From Clostridia bacterium (GTDB taxonomy: Bacteria; Bacillota; Clostridia; UBA1212; DUPL01): a stretch of 64,000 nucleotides of DNA. The DNA is taken from assembly GCA_050951325.1 (NCBI GenBank), contig JBMNIW010000005.1, positions 224,001 to 288,000 of the forward strand, given 5' to 3'. Under the pieces are notes generated by a model that saw only the letters and a list, made by a program, of their open reading frames with translations, had not been told where the DNA came from and made no database searches. This document shows positions 27,666-37,741 of the stretch, in pieces. Numbering within the stretch: the first letter of the stretch is position 1; each line of letters begins with the position of its first letter. Both the position numbers and the translations under genes were made by a program.

Positions 27666-27684
27666 TGGGGAGAGTTAAAGGATT

Positions 27685-29061
27685 ATGTTTGTTAGTGATG
27701 GTAGTAATGGAAGTATGGAAATAATCAAAAAATTGTCATGTGAGTCATATGAGGCAAGTACAATTGACCCTGAATTGTATACAAAGTATAATGTAAAAAG
27801 AGGCCTTAGAAATGCTGATAATACAGGTGTCCTGGTAGGCTTGACCAATGTAGGCGATGTAAGAGGCTACATTATGGAAGAGAACGAAAAAATACCCATT
27901 GAAGGAAAGCTCATTTACAGAGATATAGACATTTACGATTTTGTAAATGGATTTACAAGTGAACACAGGTTTGGATTTGAAGAATGTATATACCTGCTAT
28001 TAACGGGTAATCTTCCAACAGAATCAGAGCTTAACGAACTTGTAAATGTGTTGGATGAGTATAGAAGATTGCCTGATGGTTTTGCTGAGAATATGATATT
28101 GAAAGCACCAAGTCCCGATATCATGAACAAACTGCAAAGATGTGTATTGGCTTCATATTCTTACGACAGCAATCCTGAAGAGCAGAGCATAGAGAATACA
28201 TTCAGGCAGTGCCTAAGGCTTATAGCCCAGTTGCCAACAATGACTGCTTATGCGTATCAGGCCAGAGCCCATTATTACGAAGACAAAAGCTTGTACATTC
28301 ATAATCCACAAAAGGGTCTGTCTACAGCTGAAAACCTTTTACAGATGATAAGACCAGACACCAAATATTCAAGGCTTGAGGCTGAGATTCTTGATTTGAA
28401 TCTTGTCATACATGCAGAACATGGCGGTGGAAACAACTCAACCTTTGCAATCCATGTAGTTACTTCTACAGGAACTGATACATATTCAGCCATGTCCGCA
28501 GGCATTGGCTCGCTTAAAGGACCAAAGCACGGAGGAGCAAATCTGAAAGTCATGGATATGATGGACGACATAAAGAACAATGTAAATGATTGGAGTAATG
28601 ACAAGGAAATCTATGATTATCTTGTCAAGATTCTGAACAAGGAAGCCTATGACGGTTCAGGTTTGATATATGGAATAGGACATGCAGTTTACACAAAATC
28701 GGATCCAAGAGCGGTTCTTTTGAAGAAGAAAGCAGAAGAACTGGCATACGAAAAAGGACATGAAAAGGAGTTTGAGCTCTATAGAAAAGTTGAAGAGCTT
28801 TCGCTTCAAGCTTTTGAAGATGTTAAGAAGAATGGAAAAGATATGTGTGCAAACGTTGACTTCTATTCAGGATTTGTATACAGCATGCTGAATATTCCGA
28901 AAGAGCTGTACACACCAATCTTTGCAATCTCCAGGATTGTTGGTTGGAGTGCTCACAGAATTGAGGAAATGGTTGCTGGAAAGAAGATTATTCGTCCTGC
29001 ATATAAAAATGTAGGTGCAAAAAAATATGCAGGAAAGTATATACCAATTAAAAAAAGGTAA
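27685..29061 (+). CDS. gltA: Citrate (Si)-synthase / 2-methylcitrate synthase family
   Basis: HAEHGGGNNST, LKGPKHGGAN, YGIGHAVY..SDPR, ANVDFYSG, RIVGWSAH. Confidence 0.92.
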   Translation: MFVSDGSNGSMEIIKKLSCESYEASTIDPELYTKYNVKRGLRNADNTGVLVGLTNVGDVRGYIMEENEKIPIEGKLIYRDIDIYDFVNGFTSEHRFGFEECIYLLLTGNLPTESELNELVNVLDEYRRLPDGFAENMILKAPSPDIMNKLQRCVLASYSYDSNPEEQSIENTFRQCLRLIAQLPTMTAYAYQARAHYYEDKSLYIHNPQKGLSTAENLLQMIRPDTKYSRLEAEILDLNLVIHAEHGGGNNSTFAIHVVTSTGTDTYSAMSAGIGSLKGPKHGGANLKVMDMMDDIKNNVNDWSNDKEIYDYLVKILNKEAYDGSGLIYGIGHAVYTKSDPRAVLLKKKAEELAYEKGHEKEFELYRKVEELSLQAFEDVKKNGKDMCANVDFYSGFVYSMLNIPKELYTPIFAISRIVGWSAHRIEEMVAGKKIIRPAYKNVGAKKYAGKYIPIKKR

Positions 29062-29069
29062 AGATTGAG

Positions 29070-29098
29070 CCTAAGATGTAAAAGTCTTAGGTTTTGTT
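29070..29098 (+). terminator. Intrinsic terminator after citrate synthase
   Basis: CCTAAGA...TCTTAGG followed by TTTT. Confidence 0.6.
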
Positions 29099-29152
29099 AT
29101 TTATGGATCACTACTATAGCGATATAATGCAATTGATTTGAAGAGAACAAAA

Positions 29153-29189
29153 AACAACGGCAATTTATATTATACAAATTGCCGTTGTT
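29153..29189. terminator. Second hairpin, probably terminating the minus-strand gene
   Basis: AACAACGGCAATTT...AAATTGCCGTTGTT perfect 14-bp stem. Confidence 0.65.
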
Positions 29190-29240
29190 CTGTAATCCAC
29201 TGACGAAAAAGATGCGAGTAATTTATGGAGATTATGCTCA

Positions 29241-29819
29241 TTAGCTTGAATAAATATATCTTCCGAACATTATATCTGTTTTATTAATATTAAATATTGA
29301 ATAAAAAACCATATACACATCAGTATAACTGCCGAACACGTTTAATATCATTAGAAAGAAAAAAAATATTCTAAATAACGAACTTAAAAAGAACAAAAAG
29401 GGTGTTATCACTAGCGATAAAATTAACACAGGTAGTATTAAAGAGATTAAGAAAGTCTTTCTTTTTGTTTTACCATCATAAAGAGCAGAAACCGCACCTT
29501 TACTGATTGTTACAACACACTTGTCGTTTAATTTTAATCCTACATATGGAACAAGATGCAGGATTTCATGTACAGGAATTACAATAAACAACCAAACTAA
29601 TAATGCTAAAATAAGACTTAATATTAAATTTAAAATACCGTTTGAAATTAAAAATTTACGAAGTGTAAAAGAACAAATAACAAGAATTACTGTTAATATA
29701 ATATTAATTGTTTTGGTGTGTTTTTTCACAACATCCCAATCATACCAAACTTTCCAACCCGTATCTTCCGAAATGTTGTTTTTTGAATATGAATAATCAG
29801 CATTTTTCTTAAACAACAC
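29241..29819 (-). CDS. DUF3267-like membrane zincin (HExxH) protein, very AT-rich
   Basis: VIPVHEILH, LILPVLIL, GSYTD; several TM helices. Confidence 0.65.
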   Translation of the reverse strand: MLFKKNADYSYSKNNISEDTGWKVWYDWDVVKKHTKTINIILTVILVICSFTLRKFLISNGILNLILSLILALLVWLFIVIPVHEILHLVPYVGLKLNDKCVVTISKGAVSALYDGKTKRKTFLISLILPVLILSLVITPFLFFLSSLFRIFFFFLMILNVFGSYTDVYMVFYSIFNINKTDIMFGRYIYSS

Positions 29820-29900
29820 AATATCACCTTCTTCTTATTTCATAAGTAATCTTTGCTTAAATAATATCACAAATAGCTATTTATTTCCACTATGATATAA

Positions 29901-29932
29901 AAAAGACTGTCGACAAAAATCGACAGTCTTTT
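29901..29932 (-). terminator. Terminator downstream of tRNA-Glu
   Basis: AAAAGACTGTCGA...TCGACAGTCTTTT. Confidence 0.8.
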
Positions 29933-29933
29933 G

Positions 29934-30008
29934 TGGTGACTCATAGGGGAATCGAACCCCTGTCTCCGGCGTGAGAGGCCGGTGTCTTAGCCGCTTGACC
30001 AATGAGCC
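29934..30008 (-). tRNA. tRNA-Glu(CTC)
   Basis: Reverse complement GGCTCAT...CCGGC-CTCTCAC-GCCGG...GGTTCGATTCC...ATGAGTC-A-CCA. Confidence 0.97.
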
Positions 30009-30095
30009 TCACAGCTGTTATAGTATACTACGTCTTGAAATAAAAATCAATAGGGTAAACAGAAAAAATATTTGAAATTTGAGAGAAGGAATAAT

Positions 30096-30803
30096 ATGGC
30101 AAACAGACTGGACAAAATATTGTCTACAATGGGATATGGATCAAGAAAACAAGTAAAGGAACTTGTTAAGAGCGGCAGTGTTACCGTGGATGGTGAAGTG
30201 ATAAAGGACAGCTCCATACACGTTGATACGAATGTTCAGAATGTATATGTCAATGGAGAAAAGATAGAGTACAAGGAATATGTGTATATAATGATGAACA
30301 AGCCGAGGGGAGTCATATCCGCAACGGAGGACGAATTTGGTCACGAAACAGTTATTGATTTGCTTGATGACAGATACCAGGGATATAAATTATCCTGTGC
30401 TGGAAGATTAGATATTGATACCGAGGGGCTTATGATAATTTCTAATGACGGTCAGCTTGTACACAGTATTATATCTCCCAAAAAACAAGTTGTTAAAAAG
30501 TATTACTGTATTGTGGAAAATGTCATTACCGACAAGGATATGCGGGAGTTTGAAAAAGGGGTTGTGTTGGCAGATGGATACAAATGTCTGCCTGCAAGAC
30601 TTGAGAAAATAAGCGACAAGGAAGCTTTTGTATATATTACTGAAGGGAAGTTTCACCAGATAAAAAGAATGTTCTATGCCAGAAGAAACAATGTAAGGTA
30701 TCTAAAAAGAGTTCAGATAGGTGGTTTGGAACTTGATGCCGAACTGGACACAGGAGAGTACAGAGAACTTTTGGAAGACGAAATAAAAAAGATCTTTGGA
30801 TAA
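30096..30803 (+). CDS. rsuA: 16S rRNA pseudouridine synthase (RsuA family)
   Basis: S4 domain RLDK, MNKPRG, GRLDIDTEGL, EGKFHQIKRMF. Confidence 0.9.
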   Translation: MANRLDKILSTMGYGSRKQVKELVKSGSVTVDGEVIKDSSIHVDTNVQNVYVNGEKIEYKEYVYIMMNKPRGVISATEDEFGHETVIDLLDDRYQGYKLSCAGRLDIDTEGLMIISNDGQLVHSIISPKKQVVKKYYCIVENVITDKDMREFEKGVVLADGYKCLPARLEKISDKEAFVYITEGKFHQIKRMFYARRNNVRYLKRVQIGGLELDAELDTGEYRELLEDEIKKIFG

Positions 30804-30838
30804 AAAAAGAAAGCAGATTTTTCTGCTTTCTAATTGTC

Positions 30839-31006
30839 TTACCTGAAACGATTTTCTGGTCTTCTTTGGGCTTTCCTTGCTCTTCTACAGTCTGCGCATC
30901 TCTGAGGTTCATTATCAAAGCCTTTTTCTTTGTAGAACTTCTGTTCGCCAACTGTGAAAACAAAGCTATTACCGCAATCTTTGCAAGTTAAAGTCTTGTC
31001 TTCCAT
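30839..31006 (-). CDS. Small zinc-ribbon protein (zf-trcl-like, 55 aa); absent from the ORF track
   Basis: Translated by hand: MEDKTLTCKDCGNSFVFTVGEQKFYKEKGFDNEPQRCADCRRARKAQRRPENRFR; AGGAGG SD. Confidence 0.85.
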   Translation of the reverse strand: MEDKTLTCKDCGNSFVFTVGEQKFYKEKGFDNEPQRCADCRRARKAQRRPENRFR

Positions 31007-31179
31007 TTCCTATACCTCCTATATTATTTTAATAGAAAGGATTTAGCAAATGACTCAATGCTCCAAGGTTGCTTATAAGTTACAAATACAGGAGATATCG
31101 AAGTCCGTTACGTTAATCCTGCTTTAAATTCTAAAGCAATAATATCTTATCACAAGTAATTTAAAATTACAATAGATAA

Positions 31180-31575
31180 TTAAAAAATATTATGCAATCT
31201 TATAGTATCCAAATCCCTTACATTATGAAAATACTTTATAAGCTTGTGTTTTTCAACAATCGCCTCTTCATTTAAAGAGTTATTGATATAATGGCCCAGG
31301 TTAGATACGGTCAAATCTATCTCATAGATAATAGAGTGATTTATCATCCAGCGCCATTTTTCCTTTATTAAATGCCATTTTTCGTTTAGATTGTTAAACT
31401 GATGTAGTGCAGTTTCAAATTTTTCCTCCATAATGCTTTGTTCGATATCTTCAGATATGCTTGTCATTTTGGCAATATCCCTTCTTACAACATAATCAAA
31501 AGACAAAGTAACAGTTATGACAAAATAAAGTATAGCAGCAACCTGAAGAATGTATTTAAAAAGGTGTCTTCCCAT
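31180..31575 (-). CDS. DUF4363-like protein
   Basis: N-terminal TM, W...MINHS.IYEI, C-terminal LHNIF; adjacent to DUF421. Confidence 0.65.
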   Translation of the reverse strand: MGRHLFKYILQVAAILYFVITVTLSFDYVVRRDIAKMTSISEDIEQSIMEEKFETALHQFNNLNEKWHLIKEKWRWMINHSIIYEIDLTVSNLGHYINNSLNEEAIVEKHKLIKYFHNVRDLDTIRLHNIF

Positions 31576-32253
31576 TTATCTTCGCCTCCTGCTTCTCAAC
31601 TGAATCCAGAACTCTCCGTTTGTGTTTATTGAACAGTACAAAACATCCTTTACACTGGTACCTCCCACCTTCTTTATTTGACTAAGCAAATCTTTTGGCC
31701 TTACATTCGACATATCCAGATTTTCTTCTATAAGTGTTCCATCTATAATCAAGTCGATGATATTGCCTTCTTTAGCAGTTATATTCATATCCTCCCTCTT
31801 GACCGGTTCAGCCTTGCTGAAGGGGAGAACACTAAGTTCTCCGTTATTCTCCAGTATTGCCAGATTCACATCCGCAATGTCAAAAAAACCTTTTATTCTC
31901 AACGCTTCAAGCAAGTCGTCTATGTTGTACATCTCGCTCATTAATATGTTCTCGACAATCTGTCCGTTTTGAATGATGGTTTTTTTCTTGCCGCATATTA
32001 TGTTTCTTGCCTTTTGGCTTTTTAATAATACAAATGATATGGTAAGCTGAGCAAGCAAAAGAGACAGTATAGGAATTATTCCACTAAGAAGAGGTATTGC
32101 AGTATCCTGCATCGGCAGAGCTGCCAAGTCGGAAATCATAAGCGCTATTACAAGCTCATAGGGTTGAAGCTCTCCTATCTGCCTTTTTCCCATAACCCTT
32201 ATTGTAGCAATGACAAAAGTATACATTATCAGAGTTCTGATAAAGCTTACCAT
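31576..32253 (-). CDS. DUF421/YetF-family membrane protein
   Basis: RVMGKRQIGELQPYEL, LLEALRIKG, AILENNGELSV. Confidence 0.85.
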   Translation of the reverse strand: MVSFIRTLIMYTFVIATIRVMGKRQIGELQPYELVIALMISDLAALPMQDTAIPLLSGIIPILSLLLAQLTISFVLLKSQKARNIICGKKKTIIQNGQIVENILMSEMYNIDDLLEALRIKGFFDIADVNLAILENNGELSVLPFSKAEPVKREDMNITAKEGNIIDLIIDGTLIEENLDMSNVRPKDLLSQIKKVGGTSVKDVLYCSINTNGEFWIQLRSRRRR

Positions 32254-32361
32254 TCAATCATTCCTTTCAAATTAGTTCTCCTACATAGTTTAATGGAAAA
32301 TGAATATTTTATTCCGGACGGTACAGAATATATATAAATTCAATTTAAAAGGAGAGAGGAA

Positions 32362-32574
32362 ATGACTCAATCAATGTTGGATGATAAGAACCTGACTGTT
32401 CTAGAAGATCAGTTAAATGCAGAAGCTTTGGCAATCAAAAAGTACACCCTGTACAAGACTCAATGTACGGATCCGAATCTAAAATCCATATGCGAACATG
32501 CTGAACAAATGCATAGAAGACATTTTGATTCGCTTTACAGTTATCTGCAATCCCACAATAAACCAATGCAATAA
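32362..32574 (+). CDS. Small ferritin-like spore coat protein
   Basis: LEDQLNAEALAIKK...QCTDPNLK...HRRHFDSL; strong SD. Confidence 0.7.
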   Translation: MTQSMLDDKNLTVLEDQLNAEALAIKKYTLYKTQCTDPNLKSICEHAEQMHRRHFDSLYSYLQSHNKPMQ

Positions 32575-32583
32575 GGAGGAAAT

Positions 32584-32844
32584 ATGTTAACAGAACAGGA
32601 AATAATGAATGATGCTCTTATGACGGAGAAGCAGCTGATAAGCAGTTATGCTGTTTTTTTGGCTGAAACAAGCTGTCAGAATTTGAGGAATGAAATTAAT
32701 AAGATTATAACTGAAACAGGACAAGTGCAATTTGAAATATTTAATGCAATGAAATCAAGAGGTTGGTACAATGTCAAGAATGCGCAAATAAACGATGTGC
32801 AGGCAACGTATCAGAAGTATACACAGGTTAAGAATCAGTTATAG
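32584..32844 (+). CDS. Coat F domain spore coat protein
   Basis: EIMNDALMTEK, ETSCQNLR, MKSRGWY. Confidence 0.8.
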   Translation: MLTEQEIMNDALMTEKQLISSYAVFLAETSCQNLRNEINKIITETGQVQFEIFNAMKSRGWYNVKNAQINDVQATYQKYTQVKNQL

Positions 32845-32849
32845 AGGAT

Positions 32850-32881
32850 AGCACAAGGAGTTGTTCCCTTGTGCTTTCTTT
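32850..32881 (+). terminator. Intrinsic terminator after the coat genes
   Basis: AGCACAAGG...CCTTGTGCT followed by TTCTTT. Confidence 0.7.
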
Positions 32882-33014
32882 GATATAATCGTCTAGGTGT
32901 GCAAATGGCTACATAAATATTGTGTGAAGTTTTGATTAAATTCATTGTTAAAGCACAAAATGTACTTGCAAATTTTTCATTAAAGTTATAAAATCATAAA
33001 TGGTGTTTTTTTAG

Positions 33015-34025
<1,011 letters not shown>

Positions 34026-34043
34026 ATATTTTGGGAGGCAGTA

Positions 34044-35237
34044 ATGAAAAACATTTTAGTTATAAATTGTGGCAGCTCATCATTGAAGTACCAATTGATT
34101 GATGCAGAAAACAAAGCTATGCTGGCAAGAGGTTTGTGTGATAGAATTGGAATAGAAAACTCCTTTATTCGCCAGAGTGTAAATGGAAGCAAGGAATACA
34201 GAAAAGAAGTAGAGTTGCCTGATCACAATGCAGCAATCAAAGAAGTAATAAAAGCTCTTACAGATAAGGAATATGGAGTAATCGAATCCCTCGAAGACAT
34301 ATATGCAGTAGGTCACAGGGTTGTACACGGAGGAGAATTTTTTAAGAGCTCAGTTATAATTGACGAAAGTGTTATCAAAGCAATCGAAAAATGCATTCCG
34401 CTTGCACCACTACACAATCCTCCAAACATAACTGGAATCAAGGCTTGCCAGAAGGCTATGCCTGAAGTACCACAGGTTGCGGTATTTGATACTGCATTCC
34501 ATCAGACAATGCCAAAGGAAGCATACATTTATGCTTTGCCTTATGAATACTATGAGAAATATTCAATTAGAAAATACGGCTTCCACGGCACATCTCATCA
34601 ATATGTAGCTGAAAGAGCTGCTGATCTGTTGGGCAAGCCACTTGAAGAAACCAGAATCATTACATGTCATATTGGCAATGGTGGTAGCATATCAGCTATT
34701 AAGGGTGGAAAGTCAATAGACACATCCATGGGATTCACACCTCTTGACGGCCTTGTGATGGGAACAAGAAGCGGAATCGTTGATGCTGCTGCAGTTCTTT
34801 ACATCATGGAAGAAGAGAATCTTTCCTGTAATGAGATGAACCTTATACTTAACAAGAAGTCCGGTTTACTTGGTGTATCAGGTATCAGTAATGACATGCG
34901 CGATGTTACTGATGCGAAGGATAATGGCAATGAAAGAGCCGAACTTGCAATAAAATTGTTCAATTACAGAGTCAAGTCATATATTGGTCAGTATATGGCA
35001 TTAATGGGTGGAGCTGATGCGATAGTATTTACAGCAGGTATTGGCGAGAACAACCCTGATACCAGATATGAGTGCTGCAAGAACCTTGAGTTCCTTGGAA
35101 TAAAGATTGATCAGGACAAGAATAACAAAAAAGACGATGAGTTTGAAATATCTACAGATGATTCCAAAGTCAAGGTCTTTGTTATAGCTACCAATGAAGA
35201 GCTGGCAATAGCTAAAGAAACCGTTAAACTTGTGTAA
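34044..35237 (+). CDS. ackA: Acetate kinase
   Basis: [53 protein letters not shown]. Confidence 0.97.
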   Translation: MKNILVINCGSSSLKYQLIDAENKAMLARGLCDRIGIENSFIRQSVNGSKEYRKEVELPDHNAAIKEVIKALTDKEYGVIESLEDIYAVGHRVVHGGEFFKSSVIIDESVIKAIEKCIPLAPLHNPPNITGIKACQKAMPEVPQVAVFDTAFHQTMPKEAYIYALPYEYYEKYSIRKYGFHGTSHQYVAERAADLLGKPLEETRIITCHIGNGGSISAIKGGKSIDTSMGFTPLDGLVMGTRSGIVDAAAVLYIMEEENLSCNEMNLILNKKSGLLGVSGISNDMRDVTDAKDNGNERAELAIKLFNYRVKSYIGQYMALMGGADAIVFTAGIGENNPDTRYECCKNLEFLGIKIDQDKNNKKDDEFEISTDDSKVKVFVIATNEELAIAKETVKLV

Positions 35238-35250
35238 TCTCAAATAGGTA

Positions 35251-35280
35251 TTGACATTTGTGTAATTTTTTATGTATAAT
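35251..35280 (+). promoter_or_regulatory. Sigma-A promoter for rpmF
   Basis: TTGACA-18 nt-TATAAT. Confidence 0.7.
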
Positions 35281-35340
35281 AAATTCTATCGGTCTATGCA
35301 TTTTTTTGCGCATACCGGTATTTATTAGGAGGTGTTAATG

Positions 35341-35523
35341 ATGATTGGTCCAAAGAGAAGATGGTCTAAAGCGAGAACAAGAAAAAGAAGAGCAAATTAC
35401 AAGATTTCTGCTCCAAATTTGGTAGAATGTCCACATTGCCATGAATATAAATTACCTCACAGGGTATGCGGTGCATGTCAACAATACAAGGGTCGTGAAG
35501 TTTTCGCTACAGCCGAGGAATAA
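35341..35523 (+). CDS. rpmF: 50S ribosomal protein L32 (Zn-binding form)
   Basis: PKRRWSKARTRKRR, CPHC...PHRVCGAC..YKGR; start at 35338 or 35341. Confidence 0.93.
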   Translation: MIGPKRRWSKARTRKRRANYKISAPNLVECPHCHEYKLPHRVCGACQQYKGREVFATAEE

Positions 35524-35548
35524 TATATATTCATGAATGGAAATCAAG

Positions 35549-35574
35549 CAGTAGTCGCAAGACTGCTGTTTTTT
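35549..35574 (+). terminator. Intrinsic terminator after rpmF
   Basis: CAGTAGTC-GCAA-GACTGCTG followed by T6. Confidence 0.8.
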
Positions 35575-35686
35575 CTAGAAAATGAATGTTTTTACAGCAA
35601 AGACGAAACCATTCGTCTTTCTTTTTTCGTATTTTGATAAATTAATGGTATAATTGTTTAGGTAAGAATATATTAGGAGTAGTACT

Positions 35687-37015
35687 ATGAAAAAACCAGT
35701 AGTCGCTATAATTGGGAGACCCAATGTAGGGAAAAGTACATTTTTCAATTTTATAGCAGGAAAAAGAATATCCATAGTTGAAAACATACCTGGAGTTACA
35801 AGGGATAGAATATATGAGGACGTGGAGTGGCGCGGACGAATTTTCGCCTTTGTTGACACCGGAGGACTTGAGATTGACTCAAAAGACAGCATTTTGATGC
35901 AAATGAGACGTCAGGTAGAGATAGCTATTGAGCTTGCCGATGTCATATTGTTTATGGTAGACGCAAAAGATGGAGTTACTGCCAATGACAAGGAGATTGC
36001 CAACATGCTGAGAAGGTTTGGCAAACCCTTATTACTGGTAGTCAACAAAGTTGATAATATTGGCGAGCCTCCACCAGAGGTTTATGAATTTTACAATCTG
36101 GGCATTGGCGAGTTTTTCTGCATATCCTCATCCCATGGCCTTGGAATAGGTGAGGTTTTGGACAGGGTTTATGATTTGTGTCCTGAAAGTAAGTTTGAGG
36201 ATGACGAGGAGGACATTATCAAGGTTGCAGTTGTAGGAAAACCCAATGTAGGCAAGTCTTCCTTAATTAACAAGATACTGGGTGAGGATAGGGTTATTGT
36301 AAGCGATGTTCCTGGTACTACAAGGGACGCTATTGACACTTATTATACAATTGATGACCAGAAGTTTTGTTTCATAGATACTGCAGGACTAAGAAAAAGA
36401 GGAAAGATAACAGACAATATTGAAAGATATAGTACCATGCGTTCATTGAGAGCGGTGGATAGAAGTGATGTTGTGTTGGTTTTAATTGATGCCACCGAAG
36501 GAGTAACAGAGCAGGATACTAAAATTGCTGGTTATGCACACAATCAGGGCAAGGCTTCAATAATCCTGGTGAATAAATGGGATTTAATAGAAAAGGATTC
36601 CAAGACTGTTGAAGAATACAGGAATGCGGTCTACAACAAGCTTGGATTTATGCTATACGCTCCTATCGAGTTTATTTCAGCCAAGACCGGTCAGAGAGTA
36701 AACAAGTTGGTTGACATGATACAACGTGTTGCATCTACCAGCGAAACAAGAATACCCACCGGCATGTTGAACGATGTTCTAAACGATGCAATGCTTATGG
36801 TCCAGCCTCCTTCCGACAAGGGCAGGAGACTTAAGATTTATTATATGACGCAGGTGAAGGTAAAACCGCCTACATTCGTCATATTCTGCAATGACCAGAA
36901 ACTTTTTCATTATTCATACTTGAGATATATAGAAAACCAAATGAGAACCAATTTTGGATTTGAAGGCACTCCTTTGGTGTTCATAGTAAGGGAAAGAAAT
37001 GAGGATGATAAATAA
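35687..37015 (+). CDS. der: Ribosome biogenesis GTPase Der
   Basis: Two G domains (GRPNVGKST, GKPNVGKSS; DTGG/DTAG; NKVD/NKWD) and a KH-like tail. Confidence 0.97.
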   Translation: MKKPVVAIIGRPNVGKSTFFNFIAGKRISIVENIPGVTRDRIYEDVEWRGRIFAFVDTGGLEIDSKDSILMQMRRQVEIAIELADVILFMVDAKDGVTANDKEIANMLRRFGKPLLLVVNKVDNIGEPPPEVYEFYNLGIGEFFCISSSHGLGIGEVLDRVYDLCPESKFEDDEEDIIKVAVVGKPNVGKSSLINKILGEDRVIVSDVPGTTRDAIDTYYTIDDQKFCFIDTAGLRKRGKITDNIERYSTMRSLRAVDRSDVVLVLIDATEGVTEQDTKIAGYAHNQGKASIILVNKWDLIEKDSKTVEEYRNAVYNKLGFMLYAPIEFISAKTGQRVNKLVDMIQRVASTSETRIPTGMLNDVLNDAMLMVQPPSDKGRRLKIYYMTQVKVKPPTFVIFCNDQKLFHYSYLRYIENQMRTNFGFEGTPLVFIVRERNEDDK

Positions 37016-37618
37016 ATGTTTTACGGAATAATTTCCATCATCATTGGCTATCTGTTGGGCAGCATAAACTCCGCCGTACTTATATCCAATATATTTTACA
37101 AAACTGACATAAGATCAATGGGAAGTGGTAATGCAGGAACTACCAATGTGTTAAGAAGTCTAGGTAAAAAAGCTGCTGCTTTTACCTTTTTGGGTGACTT
37201 CCTGAAGGGAATAATAGCTTCACTGATTGGTATGCTGCTGTATAAGGAAATGGGGCTTGTTCTTGCTGGTGGTGCTGCAGTTATAGGGCATAACTGGCCT
37301 GTATATTTCGGATTCAAGGGCGGGAAAGGCGTTCTTACCTCTTTTTCCGTACTATTGTTTGCATCCCCATGGGCTGCTTTGATTGCACTGGCATGGTTTA
37401 TCGTAATAGTTGCCATAACCAGATATGTGTCCCTTGGATCAATCACTGCTGCTTTAGTAGTTGTAATAGCTACATATTTTACAGGGCACGGGTTTGATAC
37501 TCCAACCTTCTGGCTTACGGTATTTGTAGCAGTTCTTGTAATAATTCGTCATCATTCAAACATAAAAAGACTTCTAACTGGAACAGAGTCAAAACTGGGT
37601 CAAAAGAATAAAAACTGA
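37016..37618 (+). CDS. plsY: Glycerol-3-phosphate acyltransferase PlsY
   Basis: YLLGSI, GSGNAGTTNVLR, GHNWP..FKGGKGV, RHHSNIKRL. Confidence 0.95.
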   Translation: MFYGIISIIIGYLLGSINSAVLISNIFYKTDIRSMGSGNAGTTNVLRSLGKKAAAFTFLGDFLKGIIASLIGMLLYKEMGLVLAGGAAVIGHNWPVYFGFKGGKGVLTSFSVLLFASPWAALIALAWFIVIVAITRYVSLGSITAALVVVIATYFTGHGFDTPTFWLTVFVAVLVIIRHHSNIKRLLTGTESKLGQKNKN

Positions 37619-37741
37619 ATATTTGCCTCCCTTGTCATAAATGAAAAATTAAAAACGACAGCTTGTAATATTTTCAATTAACAGGAATATATATATGTTG
37701 TATCCGTATTAAGACAAACATGATAAGGGAGGTTTCAAATA

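Noticed and set aside
32302-32330. SigG-like promoter (GAATA-17-CAGAATA) before the coat genes
   Set aside because: Plausible but too degenerate in AT-rich DNA to support as a feature.
32915-32965. Rex operator upstream of pta
   Set aside because: Only one TTGTTAA half-site; the palindromic partner is missing.
35288-35321. Hairpin in the rpmF leader as a ribosomal-protein autoregulatory element
   Set aside because: Short imperfect stem; cannot be distinguished from chance without comparative data.
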